Shown: piece by piece, positions 45,701-46,947 of the stretch
Position numbering within the stretch: position 1 is the stretch's first letter
Layout of the letters: every line of letters starts with the position of its first letter
Origin: Verrucomicrobiota bacterium
GTDB lineage: Bacteria; Verrucomicrobiota; Verrucomicrobiia; Limisphaerales; UBA9464
NCBI GenBank assembly: GCA_026397755.1
Contig: JAPLUF010000290.1
Coordinates: forward strand, 1-46,947
Length of the DNA stretch: 46,947 nt
Reading direction: 5' to 3'
Made by a program: the position numbers and the translations under genes
The notes under the pieces: generated by a model
What the model was told of the DNA's origin: nothing
Seen by the model: the letters and a program-made list of their open reading frames with translations, nothing else
Databases searched by the model: none

Positions 45701-46947
45701 CCTATGGCGTCGTTGGCGGCACCGCCGGCACGGGTACGACGGCCGGCACGGTGAGCAAGTTGGGCACCTACGGCACGCTGACGTTGAACACCTCCAGCGG
45801 CGCCGGCACGGTGAGCAAGTTGGGCACCTACGGCACGCTGACGTTGAACACCTCCAGCGGCGCCTACACATTCACCAAGAACACCTCGGCCATCGAGGCC
45901 CTGGATGTCGGCGAGAGCGCCACGGACACCTTCACGATGACCGTGGGCGACGGCGATGGTGATTTGATCACGCGCGCCTACACGGTGAGAGTGACCGGTG
46001 CGGATGACGCGCCGACCCCGTCGCCGGTGACACCGGGGACAATCGCTGAGGTAGATCAATCGGCGGCGACCATCGACAGCGCCCTCAGTGGGACATTGTC
46101 CTGCACGGATGCCGATGGGGACACACTGGCCTATGGGATTCAGGGCGGAACGTCGGCCGATGGCACGGTGAGCCAGGTGGGTAGCTTCGGCACGCTGACC
46201 GTGAACACCTCCAGCGGCGTCTACGCGTTCACCAAGAACACCTCGACCATTGAAGCCCTCGATGTGGGCGAGAGTGGCACGGATACGTTTCAGGTGACGG
46301 TCGCCGACGGCGATGGATCACCAGTGAGTTGGAATTACACGGTGACTGTGACCGGTGCGGACGACCCAGCGACCCTGGGTCCGGTGACACCGGGTACGAT
46401 TGCCGAGGTGGATCAATCGGCCGCGACGACCGACGCAGGCTTGGGCGGCACGCTGCTCGGTGCCGATGTGGATGTCGAGACGCTGACCTACGGCCTCGTC
46501 GGCAGCACCGCCGGTACGGGCACGGTGAGCAAGGTGGGTGCCTTTGGCAGGCTGACGATGAACCCCTCCAACGGCGTCTACACGTTCACCAAGAACGCAT
46601 CGGCCATCGAAGCCCTGGACGTGGGCGAGAGCGGCACGGACACCTTCACGATGACCGTGGGTGATGGGGATGGCGACCTGATCACGCGCACCTACACGGT
46701 GAGCGTGACCGGTGCGGATGATCCGGCGACCTTGGGCACAGTAACCCCGGGCACTATTGCCGAGGTGGACCAGTCGGCTACGACGACCGACTCCGGCTTG
46801 GTTGGTACGCTGGTGGGCGCCGATGTGGATGGCGAGACGCTGACCTATGGCGTCGTTGGCGGCACCGCCGGCACGGGTACGACGGCCGGCACGGTGAGCA
46901 AGTTGGGCACCTACGGCACGCTGACGTTGAACACCTCCAGCGGCGCC
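33766..46947 (+). CDS. Giant repetitive surface protein/adhesin (>4394 aa, 3'-truncated) with cadherin-like Ig, CSPG-type and VCBS-type modules
   Basis: Frame-1 ORF with an in-frame TGA at 33748 upstream; absent from the track, consistent with no stop before the edge; hand-translated start MRFLAVLLLMISAFAVQTLSA|SVPTVSD and in-frame end LTLNTSSGA; about 28 (V/A)ND.P-type module junctions; D.D motifs; Thr/Ser/Ala/Gly-rich. Confidence 0.92.
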   Translation, partial: MRFLAVLLLMISAFAVQTLSASVPTVSDSAGTRTSAEDVPINISGVTVGDADGGSLTVTVTAVSGTITLASTTSLSSLTGNGTSSIQFIAPIADANTALAGMTFTPTLNFNGAATFNVSANDGTTTTALGLKTITFTAVNDAPVGVADSATLTEDGTTATGNVLTNDTDPDTADTGSTETKTVSALSGGSLGVAKFGSYGYLMLSANGGFTYTLDGNLNAVQALASGSSLTETFTYTVADQVGLTATAILTVTITGANDRPSLVASSVIRTQFENITTAFLVSELLLDTQNASIGVDLDTGTQLGVAITASTTTDASTSMAGAWSYSLNNGTTWMPFPVVSGTSALLLPPTAQVRFVVTESTSIDSRNSGHVTLEYRAWDQSVGTAGLTANPTGDTSTGPYSSDSITAAMNVISVNDPPLLTTATLTVNENNGAYPAGTVSATLTTGFTQDSTLTGTLTGTLRLHDPDNANSQIVYRIEELPAKGYLTLSGATLAVGSVFTHAQASGIQYTPDVAELSATTTDRFYFTVRDGAGGEIGSTGKNTGSNPWAYVDVTIVDVNSPVRITGASLTVSENNSPPGTAVIAEVPLLISDADDLTNLRSLTVTSLPSSSLGVLQYWNGSAYVALTSVPTTILATSLAAHPLRFSYNNSVEPTDQSGSLVALYSQTSFSVTATDNRATSPSSTSATVSLSITPVNDPPVLVIANSPMTVALGSADNIIGNTAPNRYLVTTDPDSPVAQRIYSVTRNPEHGYLTLSGARLGGGFIFTEADLTAGNLKYSRNDSVNAASDSVKFVVVDGHGGTSAEGTLVINVSTPGTGVAFRAIVSEDLFVRLDSDAVSFTATATVTATKPSRGELYKAGVGMFIYAPDAAATTFTQADIDAGKIVYVNKRVAIGGFATFPSSEPSSYNYTDTSTLTITDGGSTTTATLTFTVTPVDDPPYIAQGNTGVPNDSEPVAVLEQQADGTDGRVGANFELTGVGSALKLRGGAGNLWTLGIPDHFHYYDSDSSSIQYYASTVKGRLARWSGTAWEYLSVDESTGLSTFSASDLNTLNIAYFHVPNNDVATASATTIAASVTVYAVDGGRVSAGDVIISSGTVSEAATRTVFDGATSIALPRLALNRSPSRTLTLTIQDVNDRPVGAAKTFTVTEYSSGLAGQTTHIQDLSTTQITVSDPDSDSAAFTYTVTVLPTNGKLQKSDGQPTPTWSDLAANATFTQAELTGSRLRYVNSGNVEVFSDTDWSTAKDSFQYTVADGDGSTSTATTVSVKLRPTNEPPKLANNGPGTVPEGGALKITGALLGSANTANSGDIVAAVDSDSSRTQVQFRITSVPAVGYLYEGKPANLVIGSLTLNIKGTVVRQFGVGSVFTLQDIQDGKLWYRHSGSEPSSHGGSVTFGYAVSDASGMAEPTATFTVNVTPVNDAPVVTGLSGGLNYTEADTAAGAPVQIDTSVSVADNDLANNGLDFRGGSLRITYASGGNAADQLGVANLGTGAGQIGVSGSSVSYANVVIGTVDSAENGVNGTALKIVFSPGANPSLTTAAVKALIEGITFSHANYNAAVTGTRTLTYTLVDGGGTAGFGDSVVTVFIGQSTWTGSATITVVSANDRPVLSVHTGGGQLPLGSIGENDTTSPTPFLVSAFLQASADTTHTGIQDLDASPVMGIAVTGSTVAAAGKWQYSATGSSWTDLGSVSTGSALLLTPAYSIRFLPDGLEGGTATLTYLAWDQTSGSAGLRVSTAVNATQTSAFSTASDTLAITVTPVNDAPTLTGLAGDSVTATEDATFSFSIGNRLTLADVDAGSGILSLSIALTGSGNYQFTSTSGIYTDPAASTQNGTWTGFSSASGTVTVYGTLANLNTLLGTLQYVPAANANNDNLASQSLSGTPTLALTISDRGYGENGIAASAQTASRTITLSITAVNDTPTIALSSTTWTVSENAGATVVSSTITSADINDAADTGYAVSSIPYLVVTALRGTLSLNASAQNLTDQLSNGNRTLTLTSTRIGAANAYGDLNAALLNASYLLYQPDANFSGSDTLTLTLHDASQAGSGGDKTATSTIAVTVGGNNNAPVFSGLDATPTFTEDGAAVTLDSNATVSDVELSAYNNWGAAVLTIARQGGANAEDVFGWTGSGSSGVNASGPSVRIATTSVGTFTSTGGTLTITFANATTTAQVNTVLQGITYANSNNNPPASVVLAFTINDANAPTDLTKTNPQGSGVAATASGSITITITANNDAPTLTGISATGYTENAAAITLASAAVPSDPELSYLASQAGDLGGVTLTLSRSVTANALDQFGWTGSGDSGVNASGSSVRIDTTSVGAFTSASGTLAITFASGVTRAQVQQVLRGITYQFTGESLGAAVTADITLNWVLNDGNVTAQGQGGPKSVTVAQTVTLTGLNDAPVLTDTILTAGASNFIPPAPYTEDMGAPVGSIGFRISTLASSSNITDSDTNSILGFAIIATDSTHGVWYYSLNNGGTGYWIPFTATASTARLFTTHTNNRLYFKPDANWNGTISSALTVRAWDAITGSNGGTVDLSSGSSTGGTTSYSTATDTVSLTVNPVNDAPTRTAATATLAAINEDQATTATDVTVVNNGATVSSLFSGVFSDATDAVTGGSSANAFAGVVVVDNSDSTSTTQGVWQYKTGASGTWTAIGTRTTSDGRYLDDADFIRFVPVAHFNGTPSGLVVRLADNSTDAVASGAVSINVSDDTTLSGGSTRYSSSVNAVTLNTSVTAINDAPLASGSSTLTAVNEDTATGSIAGATVSTLFSARFSDTADTVTGGSTANTLAGVAIVGNSALPAEGVWQYRSSGGSWSPLPTVTSIAGLLLSTTGELRFVPVADYNGTPGGLTVRLVEPPTSVTDGTAAPDFTVSSNYGGSTAYSSATVVLGTTITAVNDVPTLTATLTNPTVTENSATGSGTSIDPVNLVTGAAVSDLDLTTTTGLSATVFGAGTLTATLTDGVAGDVLQISGSLPTGVSVSGGTGSTALSVSLDADTTLTEVQNLLNALQYKSTSDNPSANSTESGRTYTVLVSDGRNAQGSSPINYAGATAASSATLSGTITITQANDAPVVDSWTEGQNVTHTAVTLAPSATLTDADNEQLSKMTLVVGGIVDGNQERIFIGGTAFPLSTDATSTDVGSFLVSYVAGTGTGTFTVVPDATAPAIATKTSFQSLLQGITYLHNSDNPTDGDRTVAISVTDAGLSDAATFTSELISGLATAIINVDPVNDQPTITGLTDVSVSENAINAAAAVLDSDVTVTEYDSADYNGGTLTVSTVSGTATVSLPTSASTLLGNVQKAATGSNVEYYNGSSWIPVGTWSGGAGANFVVTWNSSATAAIAERVIENLTYANSSQAPSATRTLTLALNDGDGGSTQNATITVTIIRDNDAPSLSATTLGGTYVEQASAMTFVSGTIAVSDPDANADFYAGGAGSITVSLDGYQSGDTLAVLHQGTGAAQIGVSGSAISYGNVAFASFTGGAAANLVITFTSTTATPAAVQALIGQLRFSNLSNDDPTANGTDPSRVFTVTLNDGGNTKDGGSSTASLTASVTGTITITAVNDVPVVAAGGTLAYTENGAAAAIRPTLTIADSDDTQIAGATVTISAGFTTGDVLGFTDQNGITGSYTTGSGVLTLTGTTIVANYQTALQSVTYRSTSEDPTSSSASRTVTWSVTDANSDGAGLASGTATTTINITAVNDTPTLATPTPIALTDTVADDSFSNSTGTLVGADRDSGTTLSYGISGGTDSTLTVSKTGTYGTLTVTKASGDYTFVPNAAAINGLSANTSETFTVSVNDNASPSLQATAGLMVNITAVNDTPVLSAVTPGTVLEQNQSANTTDTALQGTLSGTDADDATLTYGIQGETAAGGLVSKAGSYGTLTVTTATRGYAFTKNTALIEALDDGETRTDSFSVTVTDGKSTPVIQTYTVTVTGADDPATLGTVTSGAIIEVDQSSTTTDFGLTGTLVGADVDGETLTYGVVGGTAGTGTTAGTVSKLGTYGTLTLNTSSGAGTVSKLGTYGTLTLNTSSGAYTFTKNTSAIEALDVGESATDTFTMTVGDGDGDLITRAYTVRVTGADDAPTPSPVTPGTIAEVDQSAATIDSALSGTLSCTDADGDTLAYGIQGGTSADGTVSQVGSFGTLTVNTSSGVYAFTKNTSTIEALDVGESGTDTFQVTVADGDGSPVSWNYTVTVTGADDPATLGPVTPGTIAEVDQSAATTDAGLGGTLLGADVDVETLTYGLVGSTAGTGTVSKVGAFGRLTMNPSNGVYTFTKNASAIEALDVGESGTDTFTMTVGDGDGDLITRTYTVSVTGADDPATLGTVTPGTIAEVDQSATTTDSGLVGTLVGADVDGETLTYGVVGGTAGTGTTAGTVSKLGTYGTLTLNTSSGA
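44860..46947 (+). repeat. Tandem VCBS-type intragenic repeats of about 354-357 bp (118-119 aa)
   Basis: Unit starts at about 44860, 45214, 45568, 45997, 46354 and 46711; shared GTL.G.D.DG.TL.YG...YGTLT.NT.SG.Y.F.KN...IEALD.GE..TDTF..TV.DG; DNA identity increases toward the 3' end. Confidence 0.9.
45742..45861 (+). repeat. Perfect in-frame 60-bp tandem duplication (AGTVSKLGTYGTLTLNTSSG x2)
   Basis: 45742-45801 is identical to 45802-45861. Confidence 0.9.

Noticed and set aside
45568-46947. CRISPR-like or mobile repeat array
   Set aside because: Repeats are long, in frame and coding, without unique spacers; no cas or transposase genes

Overview
High-GC (about 60-67% in sampled lines) bacterial DNA whose gene content (DUF1559-type prepilin, DUF1501, PVC-type heme-binding protein, CotH/lamin-tail protein) points to the PVC superphylum, most likely Verrucomicrobiota. 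Most of 1-33.6 kb is housekeeping or lineage-typical: UxaA-family dehydratase, ffh, tmk, cardiolipin synthase-like PLD, htpX, DHH phosphoesterase, tig, GalU-like transferase, GT4, thioesterase, hisC, esterase, xth and panB. Two regions stand out. (1) An AT-rich three-gene cassette (~17.5-20.76 kb) encodes unrecognised exported proteins; its last gene shifts to host-like GC and ends in a PEP-CTERM-like anchor. It is followed by a GT-C (PIG-V-like) glycosyltransferase that may be degenerate. (2) A giant ORF missing from the ORF track (33766 to the window end, >4394 aa, no stop) encodes a Sec-signal, Ser/Thr-rich surface protein of about 28 cadherin/Ig-like, CSPG-type and VCBS-type modules, with near-identical DNA repeats where the sequence ends. 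I recognised no tRNA, rRNA, CRISPR array, integrase or transposase. All family calls come from motif recognition, not database searches.
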